Origin: Squalus acanthias
Taxonomy: Eukaryota
Length of the DNA stretch: 64,000 nucleotides
Direction of reading: 5' to 3'
Assembly (NCBI GenBank): GCA_030390025.1
Contig: CM059425.1
Span: 244,528,001-244,592,000 of the forward strand
In this document: in pieces, positions 38,690 to 50,332 of the stretch
Layout: each line of letters begins with the position of its first letter
Numbering within the stretch: position 1 is the first letter of the stretch
The notes under the pieces: generated by a model
What the model was told of the DNA's origin: nothing
Databases searched by the model: none
What the model saw: only the letters and a program-made list of their open reading frames with translations
Translations under genes and position numbers: made by a program

Positions 38690-39324
38690 AGTTCACCGAT
38701 CGGGATGGGGAGGGGTGGGAAATCCAGTATCCGCTCCGCAAAGCCAAGCCAGAAGTATGCACTTGAAGGGGAGGTGGAGGCTTTGGGCCAGAATGATCGA
38801 CAGTGGGACCGCTGATATTTGTGGGGCCAAGGAGGAGCTTTCATGCTTGTCTCGGCCCCACAAAGATTCAGTGGCACAAGTTTCCCCCCACCCCAGTTAT
38901 GGAGCGGTACCTTTAAAGACCAGTGGCTCAGTGGGTGGAGCAGGCATTATGCCCAGTGGAACATCAAAGTTGCATTCGAGCCCTACTGATGGCGCAAGAC
39001 TTGCGCATTGAAGTAGTGCCGGTCGCCTCTATATGGCTCGCTTCAAAAATTGTGGTGGGCCAGACATTGGCGGGAATGGGGCGATAAGTAGTGTCCTGCA
39101 ATTGTCAGCTCGCTACCAATGCTCCCTTTGAGCTGTGTGGCCGCGTGATCGCGCAGTGCTGCAGGGGGTCCCGCGCAGCCGGTGAGCCGGCTTCTAAATT
39201 GAAAAAGAAAACGCGCCTGCGCGGACTTTTGAATAGGCCACACGGTCCCCCCAAAAGAATTACAGGGAACATTGCTCACTACCATCCCATTCCTATCTGA
39301 ACATTGGGGATTAAAATCACCCCC
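38690..39324. mobile_element. Degenerate Harbinger-type element containing a nested hAT MITE
   Basis: GC-rich stretch ending AAAATCACCCC. Shares a GGAGC..TGCT..GGCC.CACAAA motif with 59160-59200. Confidence 0.5.
39117..39274. mobile_element. hAT-type MITE
   Basis: TIRs CAATGCTCCCT and AGGGAACATTG; 8-bp flanks CTCGCTAC and CTCACTAC (7/8). Confidence 0.85.
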
Positions 39325-40787
39325 TAAATACTCAACATTACAATGACATTACCCACCAGACCAAACAATCTCCAAGCCTGTGTTCCATGTTCATGCTCTT
39401 AAGTTTAAATAAGACCAGTGCAACAACAACTTGCATTTATATATATATATATATTAAAAAACTAATTGGAAATAAAGTAAATAATTTCGAATAGATAAAC
39501 TCTGTTCAACAAATGGAATATCTCCTTACAATAACCACCAATGCTATTTTAGATAGTGCTCTTAAATAAACCTAATCAACAGCATCCTCCTTACCTCTGT
39601 GGTCTAGGTAGTTCTTCAGAATCCAGAATTTCCTGAAGGTATCTTGTGTAAAGTGGGGGCGGTTTTCCTCGATGCAAAAGCTTTTAAGACTGAGGTAACT
39701 CCAATGTTTTTAGGAGGATCGAATACCCCAACGTGAAAAGTCCTTCAACACTGCAGTCAGAAGTGCTTCCTAGTGCAAGCCAGTCTTAACCATTCATTGA
39801 GCCGGCACCTCTCTTTACCAGCCTGGCTGCATGCTGCAATGTTATTTGTAGGAATTAACACTAAATGGTATAAACCAGAGACTAATGTATTCTAATCAAT
39901 CCCAGGCTGCATGTGATAGAAATAATAAGCAAAAATGACAAGCAGAAGGGAGACAAGGAAGATGAATAAGCCACTCAACTGTGAATGTGTTTTTGATACT
40001 GCTTCAGGTGAAGCACTTGTCACAGAAACTGAAAGTCATTAAAACTAATTAAACCCTTCTACAGGCCATTTGTACTGTTTTAGGACCGCATCAATTCTAC
40101 TTGTGAGTGGCGACAATCACTTTGATATTATTCTGTGCATGATTGCTAATCAGCGGCGAATCATTACTCAATTTACCAAACAGATGATGAGAGCAGTGTA
40201 TTAATCCCGAGTGTAACCTTTTGAGATCAAATGAATCTTCACTTCAAATGAGAATCAGAATTCAAAAATGTTTGAAGATATCAAGCAAAAAGTAATATTG
40301 GTAACGTTTTTAAAATTCAATCACATCTACAAGTATAGGAAAAGCCGATGCTACATCATGGATGGATTTCCAAAGAGACTTTAAAAAATAATTTTAGAAC
40401 ATTAAATTATTTATTGATTCTTTTGAATAACCTAATGAAAACAGAGCAGTGTAAATGTTCATTCAATTTGTATGGTAAATATAACAGGGCCAAAATTTCC
40501 CAGTTTTAATTATAACTGAGAACAAGGCACCATCAAAGTAAGTGACATAGGGCCAGCAAAATGAACCAAAATGGTCTTTTATCTGGCCTTAAAATTGCTG
40601 TGTTTCTAAGAAGCTATCTGTCCTGATACTAAAAATAATCCACCGTACAATGTTTGCAGCTTTGACCTGCCTGTCTTTGGATGCAATCATTTGGACAACA
40701 AATGCTTTCGGGACACCCTTATGAGGCTTGAGCACCTGCAGAAGGTTTTTGAAAGTTGAAACAATTAAAGATTGCACACTTTACAAC

Positions 40788-40952
40788 CAACGTTCCCACT
40801 AAGCTGCACGGCCGCACAGCGGTCTGGAGGCCCCACACAGGCCGCTCACCAGCTTTTACGTGGAAGAAACCGCGCATGCGCGAAAATTTGAATGGGCCAC
40901 ACAGCAAGTTAAAGGGACCGCGCACGAAAAAAAGAAATTAGAGGGAATATTT
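40788..40952. mobile_element. hAT-type MITE
   Basis: TIRs CAACGTTCCCACTAA and TTAGAGGGAATATTT; 8-bp flanks TTTACAAC and ATTACAAC (7/8). Confidence 0.85.
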
Positions 40953-40982
40953 ATTACAACTGCATTCTGGTCTGTTGAAGGG

Positions 40983-41115
40983 AAAGAAAGACTTGCATTT
41001 ATATAGCGCCTTTTACAACCGCAGGACGTCCCAATGGAGTACTTTCGAAGTATAGTCACTGATGGAATGTCAGGAAACGTGGCAGCCAAATTGCGCACAT
41101 CAAGATTCCACAAAA
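40983..41115 (-). mobile_element. Deu-type SINE 3' fragment
   Basis: GACTTGCATTTATATAGCGCC...GGAAACGTGGCAGCCAAATTGCGCAC. Confidence 0.7.
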
Positions 41116-42149
41116 TTAAAATTGTACAAGATTTTTTTTTCATTCAATATTAACCTTTTTTAGAAAATGTAGTCAGATCTCAGCTTTATTTTCTTTTTTG
41201 CTCAGTCCAGTTAATTCAGCCAAATCCAAAATGTTGTTAATTCTTTGGCCTCAATCCACCCTGATCCCGAAATGAAAGGAACACCAAATCCCTTCTGATC
41301 GCCTGTGTAAAACATAATCCGCAATTCTCACACTTGTTTCCACAGCCCAGACTGGCTGCAGTTTAAAGTGGTCGTCACCATCAGAACTGCTTTTTTAACT
41401 TTTTTTTTTGAAGGCGAGCTATTTTTTGGCATTATCCAAGAAGTCCATTCATGTTGAGTGCGTGTCGAGTTGGGAAAACTGTTTTCTAATGAAGTGCGGA
41501 GTTGTAACATACTTCCCACTTGTGAGATGGCAGTGTCTGTGCGTAACTCACCCACTCACAAATCACGATCTGAGATGATGGTAGACTGTGAATCAACTGT
41601 GATCTGCTAATGTACAAAGAGGAAGATTAGAGCATAGACAGCTTGGGAAGTGAAGACATGTGACAAGGTTGCTGATATTATGTTATAGACCACTATCCCA
41701 GTTCTATTGTATACATGTATAAATAAGACTATTAAATCCTGCTACGGTGTAGATGACAGTTTTTCATGTTTTGTAATGAACCTACCAGGTTGATTATCTA
41801 CTTGCCTAATATCAGCATTAACCCCTATGCTGATGTACACCTCAAACCCACCAGCTGCCTACTTACTCCTATTTATCCCTTAATGCATCAGTTTTCTCTT
41901 GGCCTTTGTTCTTAATAGTAGCAATCAATGCTACGTGTTGAAGCTATGCTAGCGCACTCCGAGCCACTGAAGGAAACAGGATGAATTCATTGCCACTGAG
42001 GATGTAAGCCTAGTACGATTACCAAGTGCTATGCATCTTACAGTAAGAACCATGAACAGTGCACTGGGGAGGGAGGTAGGAGGTAGGTGGGTGTGGGGGG
42101 AAGAGCAACGTTTCAAGCTGAGATTAGGGATAACTGTAGAGATGAGTAT

Positions 42150-42550
42150 TAAATTCTCATCCTTGTGTTCAAATCCCTCCATGGCCTCACCCCTCTCTAT
42201 CTCTGTGACCTCCTCCAGCCCTGCAACCCTCCGAGAAGCCTGCGTTCCTCCAATTCTGGCCTCTTGTGCATCCCTGATTTCCTTCGCCGCACCATTGGTG
42301 GTCATGTCTTTAGCTGCCTTGGCCCTAAGCTCTGGAATTTCCCCCCCCCACCCCCCCACAAACATCCCCGCAACTCTACCGTTCTCACCTCCTTTAAGAC
42401 ACTACTGAAAACCCATCTCTCTGACCAAGCCTGTCCTAAGACCTCCTTATGTGGCTCGGTATCAAATTTTATCTGATAACGCAGCTGTGAATCGCCTTGT
42501 GATATTTTACTATGTTAAAGGTGCTACATAAATGCAAGTTGTTGTTGTTG
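42150..42550 (+). mobile_element. L2 3' fragment
   Basis: FKSLHGLTPLYLCDLL, LWN and FKTLLKTHL; (GTT)n tail. Confidence 0.88.
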
Positions 42551-42637
42551 TCTCTACCTCCTGAATGTAACAGAATCTCTGTACTTTGTGCATCTTATTC
42601 TGGTCTTAGGCTGACCAAGTTCATTTTGAATCTCTAA

Positions 42638-42758
42638 TACAAAAAGAAAATACTGCAGATGACGAAAGGTCATCGACCTGAAACATTAACTCTGTTTTTC
42701 TCTTTACAGATGCTGCCTGACCTGCTGAGTATCTCCAGCATTTTCTGTTTTTATTTCA
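42638..42758 (+). mobile_element. Penelope-like retroelement terminal remnant with a minimal hammerhead-like motif
   Basis: TGACGA-A-AGGTC-ATC-GACCT-GAAAC. The 5' segment 42639-42660 is an inverted copy of 42731-42752. Confidence 0.7.
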
Positions 42759-43332
42759 TTTTGAATCTGCCCTTACTTTATCTGAGGACTGGGTCTCGTT
42801 TTGCACCACAGCCAGGACAAAATGTATCATTTTCTCAGGAACTTGTGCCAGGAATATATTTCTAAAACAAGGGGAACAGAGGGATCCTATATAAATGGAG
42901 AGGGCAGAAAAAACCTTAGAGACACCAAGTGAGTGGGGAAATCTATGAGATATGGAGCAGGTGAGGAGAGTCATGGGGATAAAGTGATTAGGAAGAATCT
43001 TGAAGACTTGCAGTGGGGAATACATTTGGAACAATTTGAAAGAAGAGTTCATTCAAAGCATGGAGCAAATGCAGAGGGACAACTCGGATGGATGGAATGG
43101 ATTGGATACAGAAAAAAAAGTTTCTCTAGTCAAGTCCATATATATTTTTTAAATAGTCAAAAATGTTATAAGTTTATCCGAAGTTAAATATTACATTAGA
43201 AAGAATAATATACATTGGAAAGAATATTTCCTGTAAATCTCGTCATGCAATTCACCGCTACTCTCTGTACTATCCGTGTTTCCATATGTACAAGATATAA
43301 ACTGGGGTGGGAAGAAGGGAACTAGGGTAGAG

Positions 43333-44298
43333 GAAGAGATTCTCAGGGAAAGTGAGCACAGGAAGAGGAAGAGAGACTCAGGGAAAGAGAGCACAGACAG
43401 GGAGAGAGACTCAGGGAAAGAGAGCACAGACAGAGGGAGAGAGACTCAGGGAAAGAGAGCACAGACAGAGGGAGAGAGACTCAGGGAAAGAGAGCACAGA
43501 CAGGGAGAGAGACTCAGGGAAAGAGCACAGACAGAGGGAGAGAGACTCAGGGAAAGAGAGCACAGACAGAGGAAGAGAGACTCAGGGAAAGAGCACAGAC
43601 AGAGGAAGAGAGACTCAGGGAAAGAGCACAGACAGAGGAAGAGAGACTCAGGGAAAGAGCACAGACAGAGGAAGAGAGACTCAGGGAAAGAGAGCACAGA
43701 CAGGGAGAGAGACTCAGGGAAAGAGCACAGACAGGGAGAGAGACTCAGGGAAAGAGAGCACAGACAGAGGAAGAGAGACTCAGGGAAAGAGCACAGACAG
43801 AGGGAGAGAGACTCAGGGAAAGAGAGCACAGACAGGGAGAGAGACTCAGGGAAAGAGCACAGACAGGGAGAGAGACTCAGGGAAAGAGAGCACAGACAGA
43901 GGAAGAGAGACTCAGGGAAAGAGCACAGACAGAGGGAGAGAGACTCAGGGAAAGAGAGCACAGACAGGGAGAGAGACTCAGGGAAAGAGCACAGACAGGG
44001 AGAGAGACTCAGGGAAAGAGCACAGACAGGGAGAGAGACTCAGGGAAAGAGCACAGACAGGGAGAGAGACTCAGGGAAAGAGAGCACAGACAGGGAGAGA
44101 GACTCAGGGAAAGAGCACAGACAGAGGAAGAGAGACTCAGGGAAAGAGAGCACAGACAGAGGAAGAGAGACTCAGGGAAAGAGCACAGACAGGGAGAGAG
44201 ACTCAGGGAAAGAGCACAGACAGGGAGAGAGACTCAGGGAAAGAGCACAGACAGGGAGAGAGACTCAGGGAAAGAGAGCACAGACAGGGAGAGAGACT
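43333..44298. repeat. Purine-rich minisatellite, about 28 units of 31-35 bp
   Basis: Unit GAGAGACTCAGGGAAA(GA)GAGCACAGACA(GA)GG(G/A)A, repeated in tandem. Confidence 0.97.
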
Positions 44299-44584
44299 GG
44301 CTGTTCTTTTCTCACTTAGAATTTGATAAGTAATTTCTTGCTTCTCTCATTTGCTCATTGAACTCATAAAGTGATTTATAAGAGGCTGATAATGGGTCTT
44401 TTAACATTTTGTGCCTGGTGCATTAGTGTTATCCAGTTGAAAACACACTTATGAACTAACGGTAATATATCTCCCTCACTTTGAAAAAGTCCTCAATCAG
44501 ATGAAGAGACTGGATTAATCTTAAAAGGTTTTGCAAAAGGTGAATAAAATGGCAGTCACTTATACAACATATACCAGGGTAGAA

Positions 44585-44722
44585 ATTGGTTTGAGTGAAG
44601 GGTTATGGGGAGCGGGCAGGGACGTGGCTTTGAGCCCAAGATCAGCCATGATCTTATTGATTGGCGGAGCAGGCTCGAGGGGCCAAGCGGCCTATTCCTG
44701 ATCCTATTTCTTATGTTCTTAT
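44585..44722 (+). mobile_element. CR1 3' tail
   Basis: AAGATCAGCCATGATCTTATTGATTGGCGGAGCAGGCTCGAGGGGCC...TTCTTATGTTCTTATG. Confidence 0.8.
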
Positions 44723-45093
44723 GAGCCAGCAGGCCGGCATGAACAGGCAGGCCGAAGGCCCAATCGATATTGTGCCTTGGGCCTGATTTTAATAAGTCCG
44801 GCGAGCTGCGGATGTCCACCGCGCTTCCCCAAGCCGTTCTCCGACGAAGGGAGGATAAACATCATGCCACTGCAACACCAGCAGTGGCGCTTAGGTATGT
44901 CTTGGGAGGGGAGGGAGGCGACTGGGTGCAATCCTGCTCTTCCCGGCTCCACAACAAGATTTTATTTTTGAAAACGTATCTTTTTGGTGGCGGCCTCCAG
45001 TGATCGCTTTAAGGATTGCTGGTTGGGCACAGAAAAGCCACATAATCCTGAGCGGAGCAGGCCCGACAGCTCAGGTCAAACTAATTTCTGGTC
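44723..45093. mobile_element. Harbinger-type element fragment
   Basis: GC-rich stretch ending TAATTTCTGGTCC. Confidence 0.45.
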
Positions 45094-45204
45094 CAAAAAC
45101 AAGCATTGGGCCCATTTATTAGCATATTCAAAGAGAGTAACACCTGTTTTAGGCTGGCAGCAGGCAAGCTTCTACAGCACCCGAACCAATATGGTGAAAG
45201 TTAT

Positions 45205-45445
45205 GGGGGTGATTTTATCAATGGGGACGTGACGGAGGCGGGAAAGTTGCTTGTCGGGTTTCAGTCCCGCCTCCATTGACGTCTGGCCAACCCACGCTAT
45301 TTTCCCTTGATTGGCCTTGTTCAGCCCGCCCAGCGGGCTTAGCCGACCAATTAAGGGAAAGCCGGTGACAGAGAACGTCAGCGGATGACGTTTCATCTGT
45401 CAAAAATGTTTGACAGAGGAATTGTCATCATTTGACAGCTTTGGG
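45205..45445. mobile_element. Terminal fragment of the 31394-32190 family, inverted
   Basis: Reverse complement matches about 31940-32190; begins GGGGTGATTTTA. Confidence 0.75.
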
Positions 45446-45576
45446 AAGCTCAGTCTGAACAATACAGTGGGATAGACACTGTCCTTTTATCTCTGGGATC
45501 TCAGTTCAATCCAACCTGGGTTGATAGATCTGGTTTGCTCCTTTGACTGCTCGTTGTAAGGATACTACATGTAATG

Positions 45577-46640
45577 GCCAAGATTTTCCTCTTTGGGTGC
45601 AACCGACGATCCGGGCACAAATTGTGCTCGAAATTGCACTAGTTTTCAGAAGTGTGTTTTTGCTCAGGTTTCCGCTCAAATTCATTTGTATTATCACCGA
45701 ACATAAAATCTGGCATGAACCAGTGCAATAGGGCACTGCTTTAGAATGTCACTTATATAAAATTGCTTGAAAAAATATTCCTCGCTATATTTAAGAGCGG
45801 TAACCTGGTGCAGTTTTATTAATACAGCTGAAAATAGGTTTATCACAAAAAATTAACATTTTTAATCAGTGAGTCTAGTCCACCAGCTGTGAGTAACCCA
45901 ATTTTAAATAACAAAAATGACTTTAAAAAACTATACAGAACTATTCACTAGTTATATTGTTGTACAGTAGTCAGTTTCATAGTAAATTTAAAAAAAAATT
46001 AAAAGCTTTTAAAACGTGCTTATTAGTGTCCTTGCGCCGAAATAACAGCTTAATTTTAAGAGCCTCCTCGAAGGCCTCCAAACAGGCGCAATTAGCGGAT
46101 ACTCCCAATGGTGATTAATTCGATTGGGGGCATGGCCAGTTTTGTGGGCGGGGCCGGCTTCGAGCGCGATGTTTTTCAAGCTAGCACAAAAGATCGCAGA
46201 AATGATCAGGGGCCACAGCCTCAGGATAAAGGGTCGGCCATTCAGGACTGAGATGAGAAGAAATTTCTTCACACAGAGGGTGGTGAATCTTTGGAATTCT
46301 CTACCCCAGAGGGCTGTGAAGGCTCAGTCATTGGGTATATTCAAAACAGAAGTCGATAGATTTCTGACTAGTAAGGGCATCGAGGGATATGGTGATAAGG
46401 CCGGTGAATGGAATTGAGGCAGAAGATCAGCCATGATCTCATTGAACGGCGGAGCAGGCTCGAAGGGCCAAATGGCCTACTCCTGCTCCTATTTCTTATG
46501 TTCTTATGTTCTTAAACTTCATTTGTGCTGGACGTAACTTGCGCTTGAAATTCCTCGATCTTTTGCACTGGTTTGGCCAATTTTGGGCTAATTACACTGA
46601 AAAAAAACCCCAGTGCAACATAGCGTAAGCTCCCAGCCGC
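45577..46640. mobile_element. Harbinger-type MITE interrupted by a CR1 3' fragment (46206-46512)
   Basis: Starts GGCCAAGATTTTCC and has an AT-rich core. The CR1 piece encodes RGHSLRIKG...FFTQRVVNLWNSLP and carries the TTCTTATG tail. Confidence 0.55.
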
Positions 46641-46749
46641 TTGGGCAGCCTCAATCCAGTTCCTAGTGGGCATGGGCCTACAGCACAAAACCTTTTGGAC
46701 ATTTACTCTGTATCTTACCACATTAGAACTGAATTGAGGTTCTTTAGGT

Positions 46750-47175
46750 GCCAGCCGTGGATCAGTGGTAGCACTTGTGCCTCTGAGTCAGAAGGTTGTG
46801 GGTTCAAGCCTGGCTCCAGAGGTTTGAACACAACATCTAGGCTGATATTCCAGTGTCATACTGAGGTAGTGCTGCACTGTTGGAGGTGCTGTCTTTCAGG
46901 TGAACCGAGGCCCTGTCTGCCCTCTCAGGTGGGCGTTAAAGATCTCACGGCACCAATCGAAGAAGAGTAGGGGAATGCTGGCCAATATTTATCCCTCAAA
47001 CAATATTATCTGGTCATTATCACTCTGTTGTTTGTGGGAGCTTGCTGTGCAAAAATTGGCTGCCACGTTTCCTACTTTACAACAGTGACTACATTTCAAA
47101 AGTACTTTATTGGCTGTAAAGCACTTTGGGACATCCCGAGGTCGTGAAAGGCCCGATATAAATGCAAGTCTTTCT
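46750..47175 (+). mobile_element. Deu-type tRNA SINE
   Basis: Same head, core and tail as 33205-33660. Confidence 0.85.
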
Positions 47176-48339
47176 TTTTTTTACTTTTGACATGGGCATT
47201 GGCTGTCCAAAATGGCTGTCCAACCTGCAGTACGAATATAGAAGAGAATAAAACAAATGGTCTCAGCCACTTTACTACCAAGTGAAAATTGTTTGGTAAC
47301 CACTGTGAAAGAACAGTCTTGTTCTGATTAATCCACATTCAGCCTGTTTCATTTGAAAGGGTTTGATAGTATATCCTACATCACCTTTAATTTGCAGTCA
47401 TTAGAACACTCATTAGTCAGGTACTGCTGATTAATGCTCCATTAGCAATTCAGTGTGGAACACACGAAATGAAGGAATAACTTAATACTTAAAGCTCCTT
47501 TTTGAATAACTTAGTAAATATTTCATAGAGAATTCATAATAATTCAAGAATCTCATCAAAAATTAATATTTTTTAATGAAAATAAGCACTTGCAGCATAA
47601 GGGACTCGAAATGGGAAAAAAAAACTTAATGACTATGTGAAGGTGAAACAGAGTGTGGGGAATTATGGAAAGTGCTTTGCCCTTTAACTGTTCAGCTGCT
47701 TCCTTAGGGATTTTAGTTTTGTTTAATATTCATTGAAACTCTTAAGTGTTTCTTTTTAAAGAAAAAAATACTGTAAATTCACTCAAAAGCATATTCTTTT
47801 GTCGCATATTTGAAAAGGGAGTCACAACATCTTGTACAGACCAAATATATCTTTGAGGCAACATTTGAATCCAGAATTAAAATTAAGAAATATAGCAGTA
47901 TTTAATAAATGTAATAAAATCGCTTTAACCAAAGAGTTATCAAGTTCTGAGGCACTGAGGCAAAATAAGTGTTAAATGCAGCGCGTATGGTTTTTGCACG
48001 TTGTTTTGAAAATTCATTCCGTTCTCGCTCCGTGGAAAATGTATTTAAGAATGAATTAACTGTGGAATGATTTTCCCTGGTCACTCGGCTTTAAGTAGCC
48101 TTGCCATTCTTGACAAGCCCAAAAAGCAGGCCAGGGGAGGGTAGGCGCAGGGCATGACGAGAGTTCGGATGTTTGCTTTGCTGATAATGAAAGCCCTTAA
48201 TAACTAAACACCTCCACGTTATAAGACACAAAATAAGTGGGAAAGAAAGACTCCTTATTTTAAAACTGTTCAGACTTGTGGGCCTAGGTTTTCTAACTGG
48301 TGTTATTTCAACGCCAACATCAGCTGTTTAAAGAATGTT

Positions 48340-48968
48340 TTTTTAAAATTCATTTATGAGATGTGGGCATCGCTGGCAAGGCCAGCATTTATTGCCCATC
48401 CCTAATTGCCCTTGAGAAGGTGGTGGTGAGCCGCCTTCTTGAGCCGCTGCAGTCCGTGTGGTGAAGGTACTCCCACAGTGCTGTTAAGTAGGGAGTTCCA
48501 GGATTTTGACCCAGCGGCGATGAAGGATCGGCGATATACTTCTAAGTCAGGATAGTGTGTGACTTGGAGGGGAACTTGGAGGTGGTGGTGTTCCCATGAG
48601 CCTGCTGCCCTTGTCCTTCTAGGTGGAAGAGGTCGCGGGTTTGGGAGGTGCTGTCGAAGAAGCCTTGGTGAGTTGCTGCAGTGCATCTTGTAGATGGTGC
48701 ACACTGCAGCCACGGTACGCCGGTGGTGGAGGGAGTGAATGTTTAAGGTGGTGGATGGGTGCCAATCAAGCGGGCTGCTTTGTCCTGGATGGTGTCGAGC
48801 TTCTTGAATGTTGTTGGAGCTGCACTCATCCAGGCAAGTGGAGAGTATTCCATCACACTCCTTAATTGTGCCTTGCAGATGGTGGAAAGGCTTTGGGGAG
48901 TCAGGAGGTGAGACACTCGCCGCAGAATACCAAGCCTCTGACCTGCTCTTGTTGCTACAGTATTTATG
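48340..48968 (-). mobile_element. 5'-truncated LINE, same family as 27040-27865
   Basis: ORF 48402-48713 (IYKMHCSNSPRLLRQHLP); the 3' end matches 27770-27865. Confidence 0.88.
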
Positions 48969-48987
48969 TGTAAATATCTGTTGCAGC

Positions 48988-49147
48988 CAATGTTCCCTCT
49001 AAATTGTTTTTTTCGTGTGCGGTCCCTTTAAATTTGCTGTGCCACACATTCGCGGTATCATCCAGCAGCAACAGCTTGTGAGTGGCCTGCACGGGACCTC
49101 CCAGTTGATGCGTGGCCACGCGGGCGCACTCCTTCGGGTGAACATCG
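48988..49147. mobile_element. hAT-type MITE
   Basis: TIRs CAATGTTCCCTCTAA and TTCGGGTGAACATCG; 8-bp flanks GTTGCAGC and GTTACAGC (7/8). Confidence 0.85.
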
Positions 49148-49273
49148 GTTACAGCCCACACTAAAATAATGGCAATCGGGAGCTCTGGGCTGGGTTGTCT
49201 GGCTTGCACTTTCAAATTTACCACACTCCCCATTTAGGAAACAGGCTAAGTGACAATCCTCATTAAATACACT

Positions 49274-49361
49274 GAGGTAGATCTTGACGATGTGCGATAG
49301 TGTAAAATGGGCTGCCGGCTTGCTATCACCTATTTTACACTATCACAAAAAGATCTACCCC
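49274..49361. mobile_element. Short hairpin MITE
   Basis: GGTAGATCTT..GATAGTGTAAAAT pairs with ATTTTACACTATC..AAGATCTACC. Confidence 0.7.
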
Positions 49362-49699
49362 CGACCCACACCCCGAGTACACACATACATACATAGGCTC
49401 CACTTTTAAAGATAGGGCAAGAGCTGAATTGTAATTGCGTTTAAATTAGTATTTTTATATTGGGGTAGATTTTAACCTCATCCCCCGCCCGGCAGGAAGG
49501 ATGCGGACAGAGGATTAAGATGGCAGGGGGGAGTAGGGGGTTGTCACGCAAGCTTCTGACATCTTCCAGCCAAATTCAGGTTCAAGCAGCCTGAATGCAA
49601 GTAGTGAGTGTATCAACTCTGGCTCAGAAACCCAGTGTGGTTGAAGGATGTTAGTCACCGAGTTAATGAGGAAATGAAACTGCAAATGGTGCAGCCTTC

Positions 49700-50332
49700 A
49701 CTCTGCACTATATTCTCAGTTCTGGTCGCCACACTTTAGGAAGGATGTGAAGGCCCTTGAGAGGGTGCAGAGGAGATTTACCACAATGGTTCCGGGGATG
49801 GGGGATTTTAGCTACAAGGACAGGTTGGAGAAGCTGGATTTGTTTTCAATAGAGCAAAGGAGGTTGAGGGGTGATTTGATAGAGGTGTACAAGATTATGG
49901 CGGGTTTGGATAGGCTAGACGGGGAAAGGCTGTTCCTTCTAGTTGATGCAACAAGGACTAGGGGACACAGATGTAAGGTTTAGCCACGATCTCATTGAAT
50001 GGCGGAGCAGGCTCGAAGGGCCGAATGGCCTACTCCTGCTTTTATTTCTTATGTTCTTATGTCCTTATGTTTTGGGCAAGAGATACAGGGAGGGTGTGAG
50101 GAAAAACTTTTTTACGCAGCGAGTGGTGATCTGGAATTCGCTGCCGACGGAAGTGGTGGAAGCGGAGACACTCAATGTTTTCAAGGGGAGACTGGATAGG
50201 CACTTGAGGGAAATAAACTTGCAGGGCTACGGGGATAGAGCGGGGGAATGGGACTGACTGGATTGCTCTACAGAGAGCCAGCATGGACTCAATGGTCTGA
50301 ATGGCCTCCTTCTGTGCCATTATGACTCTATG
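49700..50332 (+). mobile_element. CR1 3' fragment, with another CR1 tail inserted at about 49981-50068
   Basis: ALERVQRRFT, RRLRGDLIEVYK and QGYGDRAGEWD*; TATGACTC tail. Confidence 0.88.

Noticed and set aside
39595-39833. Protein-coding exon
   Set aside because: All three minus-strand frames contain stops. It is kept only as a possible non-coding exon.
43371-44298. CRISPR-like array
   Set aside because: The units are contiguous tandem repeats with no unique spacers, there are no cas genes, and the context is eukaryotic.
43276-44326. 347-aa and 324-aa ORFs as a repetitive protein gene
   Set aside because: The T-poor minisatellite cannot form stop codons on this strand, and unit lengths of 31/33/35 bp shift frames freely. 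There is no coding constraint.
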